Assembly: GCA_963676795.2 (NCBI GenBank)
Contig: CAXXTB010000002.1
Location: 1,472,001-1,536,000, forward strand
Direction: 5' to 3'
DNA from: Geopsychrobacteraceae bacterium
GTDB lineage: Bacteria > Desulfobacterota > Desulfuromonadia > Desulfuromonadales > Geopsychrobacteraceae
DNA length: 64,000 nt
In this document: piece by piece, positions 1 to 8,140 of the stretch
Layout of the letters: every line of letters begins with the position of its first letter
Position numbering within the stretch: position 1 is the stretch's first letter
Program-made: the position numbers and the translations under genes
The notes under the pieces: model-generated
Seen by the model: the letters and a program-made list of their open reading frames with translations, nothing else
Databases searched by the model: none
What the model was told of the DNA's origin: nothing

Positions 1-66
1 CTAGGACTTGTTATTAATTTTGGTAATGAAAAAGTAGAGGTCAGACGAGTAACTAATGGCGTTTAA
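1..66 (+). CDS. 3' end of a GxxExxY-family (PD-(D/E)XK-like) protein, truncated by window start
   Basis: Frame 1 reads LGLVINFGNEKVEVRRVTNGV*, matching the typical GLLINFG..L/V-E-V/I-K/R-R-V C-terminus of GxxExxY proteins; not in the ORF track. Confidence 0.75.
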   Translation, partial: LGLVINFGNEKVEVRRVTNGV

Positions 67-109
67 TGTTTTTACAGATATAAAACTACGATATGGTTTA
101 AGCTTTTAA

Positions 110-528
110 TCTTTTATCCGCCTTCATCAGATGGTATCCGCGGCCGAAAGGTAGTTTGAGGTCAAAGGCATTATTGCCGCTGATAAAGTCTGATAAAAGC
201 TGATGTTAAAACCTTGAAATGATTTTAGTATTTAGTCTTTTATCCGCCTTCATCAGATGGTATCCGCGGCCGAAAGGTAGTTTGAGGTCAAAGGCATTAT
301 TGCCGCTGATAAAGTCTGATAAAAGCTGATGTTAAAACCTTGAAATGATTTTAGTATTTAGTCTTTTATCCGCCTTCATCAGATGGTATCCGCGGCCGAA
401 AGGTAGTTTGAGGTCAAAGGCATTATTGCCGCTGATAAAGTCTGATAAAAGCTGATGTTAAAACCTTGAAATGATTTTAGTATTTAGTCTTTTATCCGCC
501 TTTATCAGATGGTATCCGCGGCTGAAAG
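110..528. repeat. Tandem array of a 126-bp unit (3 full copies plus a partial 4th), each carrying an imperfect inverted-repeat arm pair
   Basis: CCTTCATCAGATGGTATCCGCGGC starts at 121, 247, 373 and (variant) 499; arm GCCGCTGATAAAGTCTGATAAAAGCTGAT is complementary to ATCCGCCTTCATCAGATGGTATCCGCGGC. Confidence 0.97.
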
Positions 529-620
529 ATAGATTTAAGGTCTGTGGCTAAACAAATCGGTTTAAGGTTTCTTGGCATGTTAGGATTTGTGTGAGCAGCG
601 AACGGGCGTGAGATAAGGTT

Positions 621-2177
621 TTGATTTTGGTTGAAGGTACTTTAATACATCATTTCCTGGAGAACAGCGCCAGGCGCTTACCTGATAAGGTTGCCCTTGT
701 TCACGAAGGGGTACGCGCAACCTACGCTCAGATCAATGAACTGGCCAACCAGTTGGCCCATTATCTGTTGACGTCAGGTGTCAAGTCAGGTGATCGCGTT
801 GCGATGCTGTTAGAAAACAGCATGGAATATGTCGTTGCTTACTATGGGATTCTGAAAGCCGGCGCTGTTGCTGCCCCTATCAACACGGAACTCAAGGCCG
901 AAACTATAGGAATCTTACTCACTGAACTGGACGCGGAAATTCTGATCACGCAGCGCAAGTACGAACGCATGCTGCGTCAGGTGAACTTTGAAACAACGGC
1001 AGTCAAAACTGTCATCATCAAAGATCCAAAACTTTCTTTATCTGAGAATCTGAAGGTTATTGACTGGAAACAAATTGGTGCGGATAGCGCTACGCAAAAT
1101 CCTGATATTGCAATTCTGCCTGAGCAGCTGGCGAGCATTGTCTACACCTCGGGCTCGACAGGAAAGCCCAAAGGTGTGATGCTGTCGCACAAAAATATCG
1201 TGACCAATGTCGATTCGATCTGCCAGTACCTTGAGCTGACCGAAGATGATATCCAGATGGTCGTTCAGCCGTTCTTTTATGTCATGGGCAAGTCGCTGTT
1301 GAATACGCACTTTGCGGTCGGGGGCAGGGTTGTTATCAATAACAAATTCGCTTACCCGGCAACGGTCATCCAGCAGATGATCGATGAACAGGTCACCGGC
1401 TTCTCCGGGGTTCCGTCAACCTATGCGCATTTGCTGCATCAGTCGCCTCTGGCGGCATCAAGTGACCGTTTAACGTCGCTGCGCTACTGTTCCCAGGCCG
1501 GTGGCCATATGGCCGGCTCGATAAAGCTTAAACTTTCGGACATACTGCCTGAACAGACAAGGCTTTTTGTTATGTACGGTGCAACCGAAGCCTCGGCGCG
1601 GTTGGCTTACGTTGAACCGGAAATGTTGAGCGAAAAGCTCGAATCTATCGGCAAGCCGATCCCGGGTGTCTCTTTGCGGATTATCAGTGCCGATGGACAG
1701 CAACTGCCGGTCGGAGAGATTGGTGAAATCGTAGCGTCGGGTGCTAACATCACCAGTGGTTACTGGCAAGATTCAGAAGCTACAAGCAGGGTCCTTGATG
1801 ACTACGGCTATCATACCGGTGATCTGGGATACCAGGATGAAGATGGGTATTTCTTTGTCGTCGGACGCAAGGATCATCAATTGAAGGTCAGTGGTCACAA
1901 GGTTAATACCCAGGAAATAGAGGATCTGTTGCTTGCTGCTGATCATATCATGGAAACTGCGGTTATCGGTATTCCGGACGATCTTCAGGAGAATCGCTTG
2001 ATTGCGCTGGTGATGACATCCAGCGATTTGTCGGAAAAGGACCTTGCCGTGTATTGCAATAAGCACCTGGCCTCATACAAGGTTCCGCAGCGATTTGTAT
2101 TCGTTGACAGTATCCCCAAAAGCGCCAGTGGCAAAGTGGATCGACAACGCTGTGAGGAACTAATTAAAGATTGTTAG
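621..2177 (+). CDS. AMP-dependent acyl-CoA ligase/adenylation enzyme (EPS-locus associated)
   Basis: YTSGSTGKPKG AMP-binding motif, YGATE, TGDLG, GKVDR; TTG start. Confidence 0.9.
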   Translation: MILVEGTLIHHFLENSARRLPDKVALVHEGVRATYAQINELANQLAHYLLTSGVKSGDRVAMLLENSMEYVVAYYGILKAGAVAAPINTELKAETIGILLTELDAEILITQRKYERMLRQVNFETTAVKTVIIKDPKLSLSENLKVIDWKQIGADSATQNPDIAILPEQLASIVYTSGSTGKPKGVMLSHKNIVTNVDSICQYLELTEDDIQMVVQPFFYVMGKSLLNTHFAVGGRVVINNKFAYPATVIQQMIDEQVTGFSGVPSTYAHLLHQSPLAASSDRLTSLRYCSQAGGHMAGSIKLKLSDILPEQTRLFVMYGATEASARLAYVEPEMLSEKLESIGKPIPGVSLRIISADGQQLPVGEIGEIVASGANITSGYWQDSEATSRVLDDYGYHTGDLGYQDEDGYFFVVGRKDHQLKVSGHKVNTQEIEDLLLAADHIMETAVIGIPDDLQENRLIALVMTSSDLSEKDLAVYCNKHLASYKVPQRFVFVDSIPKSASGKVDRQRCEELIKDC

Positions 2178-2720
2178 CCGCAGATAAGGTCTGATAAGAG
2201 CTGATTTTTAAACCTTTAAATCTAATGGTTTATGTCTTTATCCGCATTTGTCAGATTGTATCCGCGGCTGAAAAATAGGTTTCAGTCTTCTCTTTGTGCT
2301 CTTGGCGGCTTGAGTGAGCAAGGCGAACGGGCGTGAGATAAAGGCATTGTCCACGAAAAACACGAAAGTTCCGAAAAAGGCTTAATTTTACAGGGATGAA
2401 AGGGATAGGCAGGACGAAGTCAGATGCAATGGGTTTGATTGATAAAATACAGAACAAACAAGTTCTTGTTTTTAGGTTTGTCCTTAATCCCATGCATCCC
2501 CTGTATCCCTGTTAAAAAGTTTTTGAAGAATTTGTCCACAGTTGTCTGTGGCAAAATTAATTTTCTGGGTTTAAGATTTTATAATGGTTGTGATTTTCTG
2601 ATTATAGTTCAGTGAGTTCTGTGTCGTCCGTGGATGTTTTTTTTAATGATCAGATCGTATCTGGTTGATCCAGTCAAACATAGGTTGGTTAATCAGAGAT
2701 CATCAGAGTGAGTCTGTGGC
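2177..2720. repeat. Modular hairpin-arm spacer B; 2177-~2409 is a direct repeat of 3518-~3750
   Basis: Arms: alpha open/close (2177-2205/2240-2268), epsilon close (~2290-2338), beta open (2349-2378), gamma open/close (~2389-2415/~2486-2515), GTCTGTGGC arms (~2544, 2712). Confidence 0.92.
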
Positions 2721-2726
2721 TGAAGA

Positions 2727-3161
2727 ATGGTTGAAAAGATGACGATTGAAGACATCCGTTGGAAGCAACGATTTGAAAATTATCGTAAAGCCCTTGAGAC
2801 GCTGACCGAGGCCGTTGAGTTGGAAAAGAGCCGCCCGCTGACGAAGCTGGAGCAGCAGGGGTTGATTCAGGGGTTTGAATTTACCCACGAACTCGCCTGG
2901 AATGTTTTGAAAGATTACCTGGAGGAACAGGGGTTCTCCGGGATTGTCGGATCTAAAAATGCAACACGTCTGGCTTTCAACAATAACCTTATCTCAGAAG
3001 GTGAAGTCTGGATGGAGATGATTAAGGCACGCAACCAAACATCTCATACATACAATATGGAACTTGCGGAATCGATTTCCAGGGAGATTCTGGAGCTGTT
3101 TTATCCGGCTTTTGGTGCAATGGAGAGCTTATTTTTGCTGCTTATGGAAAAGGATTCCTGA
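2727..3161 (+). CDS. HEPN-fold nucleotidyltransferase substrate-binding protein (HI0074-like), putative toxin
   Basis: RWKQRFENY N-terminus, IQGFEFTHELAW, RNQTSHTY = RX4HXY motif. Confidence 0.9.
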   Translation: MVEKMTIEDIRWKQRFENYRKALETLTEAVELEKSRPLTKLEQQGLIQGFEFTHELAWNVLKDYLEEQGFSGIVGSKNATRLAFNNNLISEGEVWMEMIKARNQTSHTYNMELAESISREILELFYPAFGAMESLFLLLMEKDS

Positions 3162-3166
3162 ACAGC

Positions 3167-3472
3167 ATGGAATTTGGTCTGAACGATGTGACCCTGAATA
3201 AAATCAGGCAGGTGCTGGCGGCATATCCGACTGTCGATAAAGCTGTAGTCTATGGATCGAGGGCGAAAGGGAACTACCGTCAAGGGTCCGATATCGATCT
3301 GACTTTGTTTGGTGACAATCTGGATCAAAAGCAATGCAGCGATATTGAAGAGGCACTTGACGACCTGTTGCTGCCATACATGATTGATTTGTCTGTCTAT
3401 GACCTCTTGAATCATGATGGTTTGAAGGATCATATAGATCGAGTCGGGAAGGTGCTCTATCAGAAAGACTGA
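3167..3472 (+). CDS. Minimal nucleotidyltransferase (MNT), putative antitoxin
   Basis: GSRAKGNYRQGSDID = GSX10DXD motif; 101 aa; 5 bp downstream of the HEPN gene. Confidence 0.92.
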   Translation: MEFGLNDVTLNKIRQVLAAYPTVDKAVVYGSRAKGNYRQGSDIDLTLFGDNLDQKQCSDIEEALDDLLLPYMIDLSVYDLLNHDGLKDHIDRVGKVLYQKD

Positions 3473-3479
3473 AGTAGAT

Positions 3480-3891
3480 CTCGCGCAAAGCCGAAAGGAA
3501 CAAAAAAGCAGTTTTTTGCCGCAGATAAGGTCTGATAGGAGCTGATTTTTAAACCTTTAAATCTGATGGTTTATGCCTTTATCCGCATTTGTCAGATTGT
3601 ATCCGCGGCTGAAAAATAGGTTTCAGTCTTCTCTTTGTGCTCTTGGCGGCTTGAGTGAGCAAGGCGAACGGGCGTGAGATAAAGGCATTGTCCACGAAAA
3701 ACACGAAAGTTCCGAAAAAGGCTTAATTTTACAGGGATGAAAAGGATAGCCGGGATAAAGGCAAGAGCTTCTTCCTCTTGAGGGACGGATACTTATCCCC
3801 ACCATCACATGAATGCCTGTTAAAGAAGGTTTTAGGTATCGATAAATAGTAAGTAAGGTTATGTCAGCTTTTGTCCGCAGTTGTCTGTGGC
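3480..3891. repeat. Modular hairpin-arm spacer C (contains the second copy of the ~230-bp direct repeat)
   Basis: epsilon open (3480-~3506) encloses the alpha pair (3518-3546/3581-3609) and closes at ~3631-3679; then beta open, a gamma pair and a distal arm at 3863-3891. Confidence 0.92.
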
Positions 3892-3910
3892 CAACAAATC
3901 GAGGCACTAA

Positions 3911-4327
3911 ATGAATATTGATCACATAGGAATCGCAACGAAATCAATTGAAAAGGGCATAACCCTTTGGACAGAAACCTTCGGCTACAAACAGAAAACC
4001 CAGCCCGTTGTCAATTCGCGTCAGAAAGTGCGGGTAGTTTTTCTTGAAAAAGAAGGTTCCATAGATATCAAATTAATTGAACCTGTTGGAGTGGATTCTC
4101 CAATATATAAATTTTCCATGCGCGGCGGAGGGTTGCACCATCTCTGTTTTATTTGTCCCGATCTTAAAGAAAAGCTGGTCGAGTTGAACGACATCGGACT
4201 CAGGACTCTCTCCGGACCGGAACCTGGAGAAGCATTTGAGAACCATGATATTGCGTTTGTTTATGCAACCCAAGGTTTGAATATTGAATTAATCGATACG
4301 CTGCAAAGAGCAGAAATGATATCTTGA
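3911..4327 (+). CDS. VOC/glyoxalase-superfamily protein (methylmalonyl-CoA epimerase-like)
   Basis: IDHIGIA, IKLIEP, GGLHHLCF, NIELI metal-binding pattern. Confidence 0.85.
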   Translation: MNIDHIGIATKSIEKGITLWTETFGYKQKTQPVVNSRQKVRVVFLEKEGSIDIKLIEPVGVDSPIYKFSMRGGGLHHLCFICPDLKEKLVELNDIGLRTLSGPEPGEAFENHDIAFVYATQGLNIELIDTLQRAEMIS

Positions 4328-5199
4328 GCCAAAATTATCATCTAATGAATGTGGGAGAATTGGTTCTTTTCGTGAAAGAAAATTATAAATCATACATCGT
4401 CTTCTGTAGCCTGGTCCTTATCTCCGTCGTTGTCTTCCTCCCTGTGTGGGCCAGCCTGATTTCCGCCTGGGCCGGATCGGATGACTATTCTCACGGTTTT
4501 TTAATCGTTCCTTTGGCGCTGTATATCGTTTGGCAGAAGCGCCGAGACTTACGTGCCATCGAATGTCACTCAAACTGGATCGCATTTCCTCTCGTAGTTC
4601 TGTCCCTTCTGCTTTATCTGATCGGTCAATTTGGAGAAATAAAGACGCTGGCGTCGCTGGCCATGGTTGGTTATGTCGCGGCAGCAGTTTTGTACTTGCT
4701 CGGCTGGCAGGTTTTTAAAGGCAGTATTTTTCCGTTGGCCCTTCTGCTTTTCATGATTCCTGTCCCGGGGCAGATTTACGCTTCACTGACTATTCCGCTG
4801 CAACTGTTCGTGACAAAGATGACCGCAGCAATCGTCTCTGCTCTTCACATCCCCATACTCCGTGAAGGAAATGTCCTTCATCTGCCTGAGTACACCCTTC
4901 AGGTTGTCGATGCCTGTAGCGGATTGCGCTCGATCATGTCACTGCTGACGCTGGGTGCTGTGATCGGTTATTTCGGTTTAAAATCCAATCCACTGCGCTG
5001 GTTGCTTTTCGTGTCGGCCATACCGGTCGCCGTATTCGTCAACATTGTTCGAGTTTTGGCCATGGTTCTGGCGTTTTACTACTTTGACAAGGATCTCACT
5101 CATGGCGCTGTCCATACCTATTTTGGGGTCGGGGTGTTTGTTCTGGCCGTTCTGATTTTCCTGGCTATACGCAAAGGATTGAGCTTGTGCGAAAAATAA
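4324..5199 (+). CDS. Exosortase (EpsH/XrtA type); start uncertain
   Basis: Multi-TM; YSHGFLIVP, LLLFMIPVP, catalytic VVDACSGLRS, NIVRV, His in HTYFG; followed by EpsI. Confidence 0.92.
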   Translation: MSQNYHLMNVGELVLFVKENYKSYIVFCSLVLISVVVFLPVWASLISAWAGSDDYSHGFLIVPLALYIVWQKRRDLRAIECHSNWIAFPLVVLSLLLYLIGQFGEIKTLASLAMVGYVAAAVLYLLGWQVFKGSIFPLALLLFMIPVPGQIYASLTIPLQLFVTKMTAAIVSALHIPILREGNVLHLPEYTLQVVDACSGLRSIMSLLTLGAVIGYFGLKSNPLRWLLFVSAIPVAVFVNIVRVLAMVLAFYYFDKDLTHGAVHTYFGVGVFVLAVLIFLAIRKGLSLCEK

Positions 5200-5831
5200 A
5201 ATGGCAACATGTCATCGCTCTGGTCGTCTGTCTGCTCATAACCGGTGGGGGCGTCCTGGCTCGTCCTCAGGGGCAGGTCAATCCGAATCCTACCTTGCTG
5301 GCTGATTCCATTCATCGCATCGGTTCCTGGTCTCTTGTTGAAAACAGCAGACTTTCGTCTGCTATCGTAGATTCCCTGGAGCTTGATGATTATATCTTCC
5401 AGACCTATCAAAAAGGGAATGACAGAATCGTCCTCTATATCGGTTATTACTTCAGCGGCAAAAAGGTTGGTGCCGCTCACGATCCACAGGTCTGTTACCC
5501 CGGTCAAGGCTGGAAACTTTCCGGAAAAGAAAGGCAGGAGCAACGGATCGACGGCTACGACACAATCAGCTATTCCCGTATTCTCGCTGAACTCAATGGT
5601 CAGAAGGATGAGATCTTCTACTGGTTTCAGGTCGCAGAAAAGACCGCTCCGGATACCTTCAGACAGAAGTTGTTTCTGATTCAGAATAAAGTTTTCGGTG
5701 GCGGTGAGAGGAATGCATTTGTTCGGATCAGTACCAGGCTGGAGAACGGTTCGGATCATCAATCTCGGATATTGCTCTCTGATTTCATAGAGAGTTTTTA
5801 TCCGATGTTTTTAGATCATATAACCGAATGA
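5187..5831 (+). CDS. epsI: EpsI-family periplasmic protein (exosortase-associated)
   Basis: N-terminal TM, LYIGYY, HDPQVCYPGQGW, FYWFQ, AFVRIS. Confidence 0.88.
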   Translation: MRKIKWQHVIALVVCLLITGGGVLARPQGQVNPNPTLLADSIHRIGSWSLVENSRLSSAIVDSLELDDYIFQTYQKGNDRIVLYIGYYFSGKKVGAAHDPQVCYPGQGWKLSGKERQEQRIDGYDTISYSRILAELNGQKDEIFYWFQVAEKTAPDTFRQKLFLIQNKVFGGGERNAFVRISTRLENGSDHQSRILLSDFIESFYPMFLDHITE

Positions 5832-5856
5832 CCTTTATGGTGTTCAGGGATATTCA

Positions 5857-6999
5857 ATGACGTTTGTGATTTTTTTTCTTTCTTTGTTCATGGTCTTTTA
5901 TGTCTATGTCGGTTATCCGATCATTGCTTTTATATTCTCGCGCTATCGTTCCCGGGCCGTTGAAAAGAATGTCTGGGTGCCGATGGTCAGCGTCGTTATC
6001 GCAGCGTACAATGAGGAAGATGCCATCGCTGAAACGGTTCGCAACAAACTTGCTCTGGACTATCCATCGGAGAAGCTGGAAATTGTCGTGATCTCCGATG
6101 GCTCAACCGATCAAACCGATGCGCTGGTCTCTCAATTTGAAGAGGCGAATGTCCGCTTGCTGAGGCAGGAGCCCAGGGCCGGCAAGACATCAGCACTGAA
6201 TCTGGCCATCCCTCAGCTCAAGGGAGATATTGTCGTTTTTTCAGATGCAAATTCTCTTTACGATCCAGGTGCTCTGCGTGCTCTTGTGGCCAATTTTTCC
6301 GACCCTTCGGTGGGTTATGTCACAGGCAAGATGGTTTATACCGATGAAGACGGTACCATCATCGGTGATGGTTGTTCCGCCTACATGAAGTACGAAAATG
6401 TCCTGCGTTCCGTCGAGACTAGAGTCGGTTCCGTGGTGGGTGTCGACGGCGGAATTGACGCCATGCGCAGAGATCTGTACCAACCGATGAATGCAGATCA
6501 GTTGCCTGACTTTGTTCAACCGCTGAAAGTTGTAGCGCAGGGCTATCGCGTCGTTTACGAACCTGAAGCCCTGCTCAAAGAGCATTCCCTCAAAAGTTCG
6601 GCGGACGAGTACCGGATGCGGGTCAGGGTATCCTTGCGGGCACTCTGGGCGCTGTACGATATGAGGCAGCTTATGTGGTTGCCGCAAAACCGGATTTTTT
6701 CGTGGCAGCTCATTTCACACAAATTGCTCAGATACATATGTTTTGTTTTCCTTGGCGCTCTGTTTCTGTCGAACCTGGCCCTACTGAATCAGGGGGGCGG
6801 TTATGCGTTGCTGTTTCTGCTCCAGTGCCTGTTTTACCTGATGGTGATTGTTGCTCCTTTCCTGGAAAGCAAAGGCTATAAACTGAAAATAGTCACATTC
6901 TCCAGGTATTTCGCCCTGCTGAATATTGCCTGCGCACATGCGACCTATAAATTTGTCCGTGGTCAGAAGCAGGTGCTGTGGACACCGAGGAAGGGTTGA
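5857..6999 (+). CDS. Glycosyltransferase family 2, membrane-bound
   Basis: VIAAYNEE, SDGSTD, GKTSALN, FSDAN; N- and C-terminal TM helices. Confidence 0.92.
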   Translation: MTFVIFFLSLFMVFYVYVGYPIIAFIFSRYRSRAVEKNVWVPMVSVVIAAYNEEDAIAETVRNKLALDYPSEKLEIVVISDGSTDQTDALVSQFEEANVRLLRQEPRAGKTSALNLAIPQLKGDIVVFSDANSLYDPGALRALVANFSDPSVGYVTGKMVYTDEDGTIIGDGCSAYMKYENVLRSVETRVGSVVGVDGGIDAMRRDLYQPMNADQLPDFVQPLKVVAQGYRVVYEPEALLKEHSLKSSADEYRMRVRVSLRALWALYDMRQLMWLPQNRIFSWQLISHKLLRYICFVFLGALFLSNLALLNQGGGYALLFLLQCLFYLMVIVAPFLESKGYKLKIVTFSRYFALLNIACAHATYKFVRGQKQVLWTPRKG

Positions 7000-7000
7000 G

Positions 7001-8140
7001 ATGAAAGTCCTCCACGTAATCGACAGTGGCGGCCTCTATGGTGCTGAAATTATGCTTCTGAATCTGGTTGCCGAACAACAGAAGCTCGGTCTCCATCCTA
7101 TTATTGCAAGCATTGGCGACATCTTGGATGGCGAAAAGCCCTTGGAGATTGAAGCAAAAAGGAGGGATCTGCCGTTACAGGTCTTTCGGTTTCGCTCTGG
7201 ATTAAATTTTAAAGGAGCGCTTCAGGCTCTAAACTTTGCCGAGGCAGAGCAGGTTCAACTTCTTCATACCCATGGTTACAAGGGGAATATCCTGTTTGGG
7301 TTTATGCCACGATTTGTTCGTAAGCTGCCGATCGTAGCTACCATTCATGGTTGGACCAATACCGGCCGTTTCGACAGGATGCGTGTTTATGAATGGTTGG
7401 ATCGCCAGAGTTTGAGATTTGTGGATCAGGCGGTGTTGGTCAACAAGAGAATGCTCGCTGATCCCAGAGTGGCCGGGTTTTTAAATCATTGCCAGGTTAT
7501 TGATAACGGCATTCCCGCCGAAAAGGATTATGCCGACGATAAACCGGATCTTGATGTTCTTCAGTTCTGCAAAAAGGCAAGAACCATCTGTGCTATCGGT
7601 AGGCTCTCACCAGAAAAAGGGTTTGATAATTTGTTAAGGGCTTTTGCCAAGATAAGAGCAGTGGAGCCTGATATTCAACTACTGATTATCGGTGAGGGGA
7701 GGCAGAGGGAATACCTGGAAAGGCTCGTCGATGAGCTTGCATTAACGGGCTCCGTAATGCTGGCGGGATATCGAACTGGGGCCAGCCGGTATTTGATCAG
7801 CTGCTCGGCACTGGTTATTTCAAGCCTGACTGAAGGGTTGCCGATAACCCTGCTTGAGGCTATGAGGGAGAAAGTCCCTGTCGTTGCGACCAGTGTTGGG
7901 GGAATCCCGGATGTTTTATCGGATGTGGAAAGCAGTATTCTTGTTGAGCCTCAATCTGTCGAGTCTTTGGCCGATGGGATCAGCTTTGTGCTGAATTGCG
8001 ACAGTCGGAACCAGGTGATGATTGAAAGTGCCCGGGAGATATTTTTGGCCAAGTATACAAGTCATGCCATGGCAGTTAAATACGAGAAAATTTACAAGGC
8101 TCTAGGTCGGCACTTTTCCTTTCGGCGGGTGATGCCATGA
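7001..8140 (+). CDS. Glycosyltransferase family 4
   Basis: Likely start MKVLHVIDSGGLYGAE at 7001; GRLSPEKG, EGLPITLLEAM. Confidence 0.92.
   Translation: MKVLHVIDSGGLYGAEIMLLNLVAEQQKLGLHPIIASIGDILDGEKPLEIEAKRRDLPLQVFRFRSGLNFKGALQALNFAEAEQVQLLHTHGYKGNILFGFMPRFVRKLPIVATIHGWTNTGRFDRMRVYEWLDRQSLRFVDQAVLVNKRMLADPRVAGFLNHCQVIDNGIPAEKDYADDKPDLDVLQFCKKARTICAIGRLSPEKGFDNLLRAFAKIRAVEPDIQLLIIGEGRQREYLERLVDELALTGSVMLAGYRTGASRYLISCSALVISSLTEGLPITLLEAMREKVPVVATSVGGIPDVLSDVESSILVEPQSVESLADGISFVLNCDSRNQVMIESAREIFLAKYTSHAMAVKYEKIYKALGRHFSFRRVMP

Noticed and set aside
110..528. CRISPR array
   Set aside because: Whole 126-bp units are identical, with no unique spacers, and no cas genes are in the window.
2177..3891. 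Classical integron with attC sites
   Set aside because: No tyrosine integrase in the window, and I could not find RYYYAAC/GTTRRRY core sites bounding the hairpins; only the cassette-like geometry is similar.
2251..3925. Minus-strand ORFs 2251-2493 and 3623-3925 sharing peptide sequence (also 28952-29305, 34437-34637, 34778-34963)
   Set aside because: They are translations of the non-coding repeat arms, with no protein-family features.
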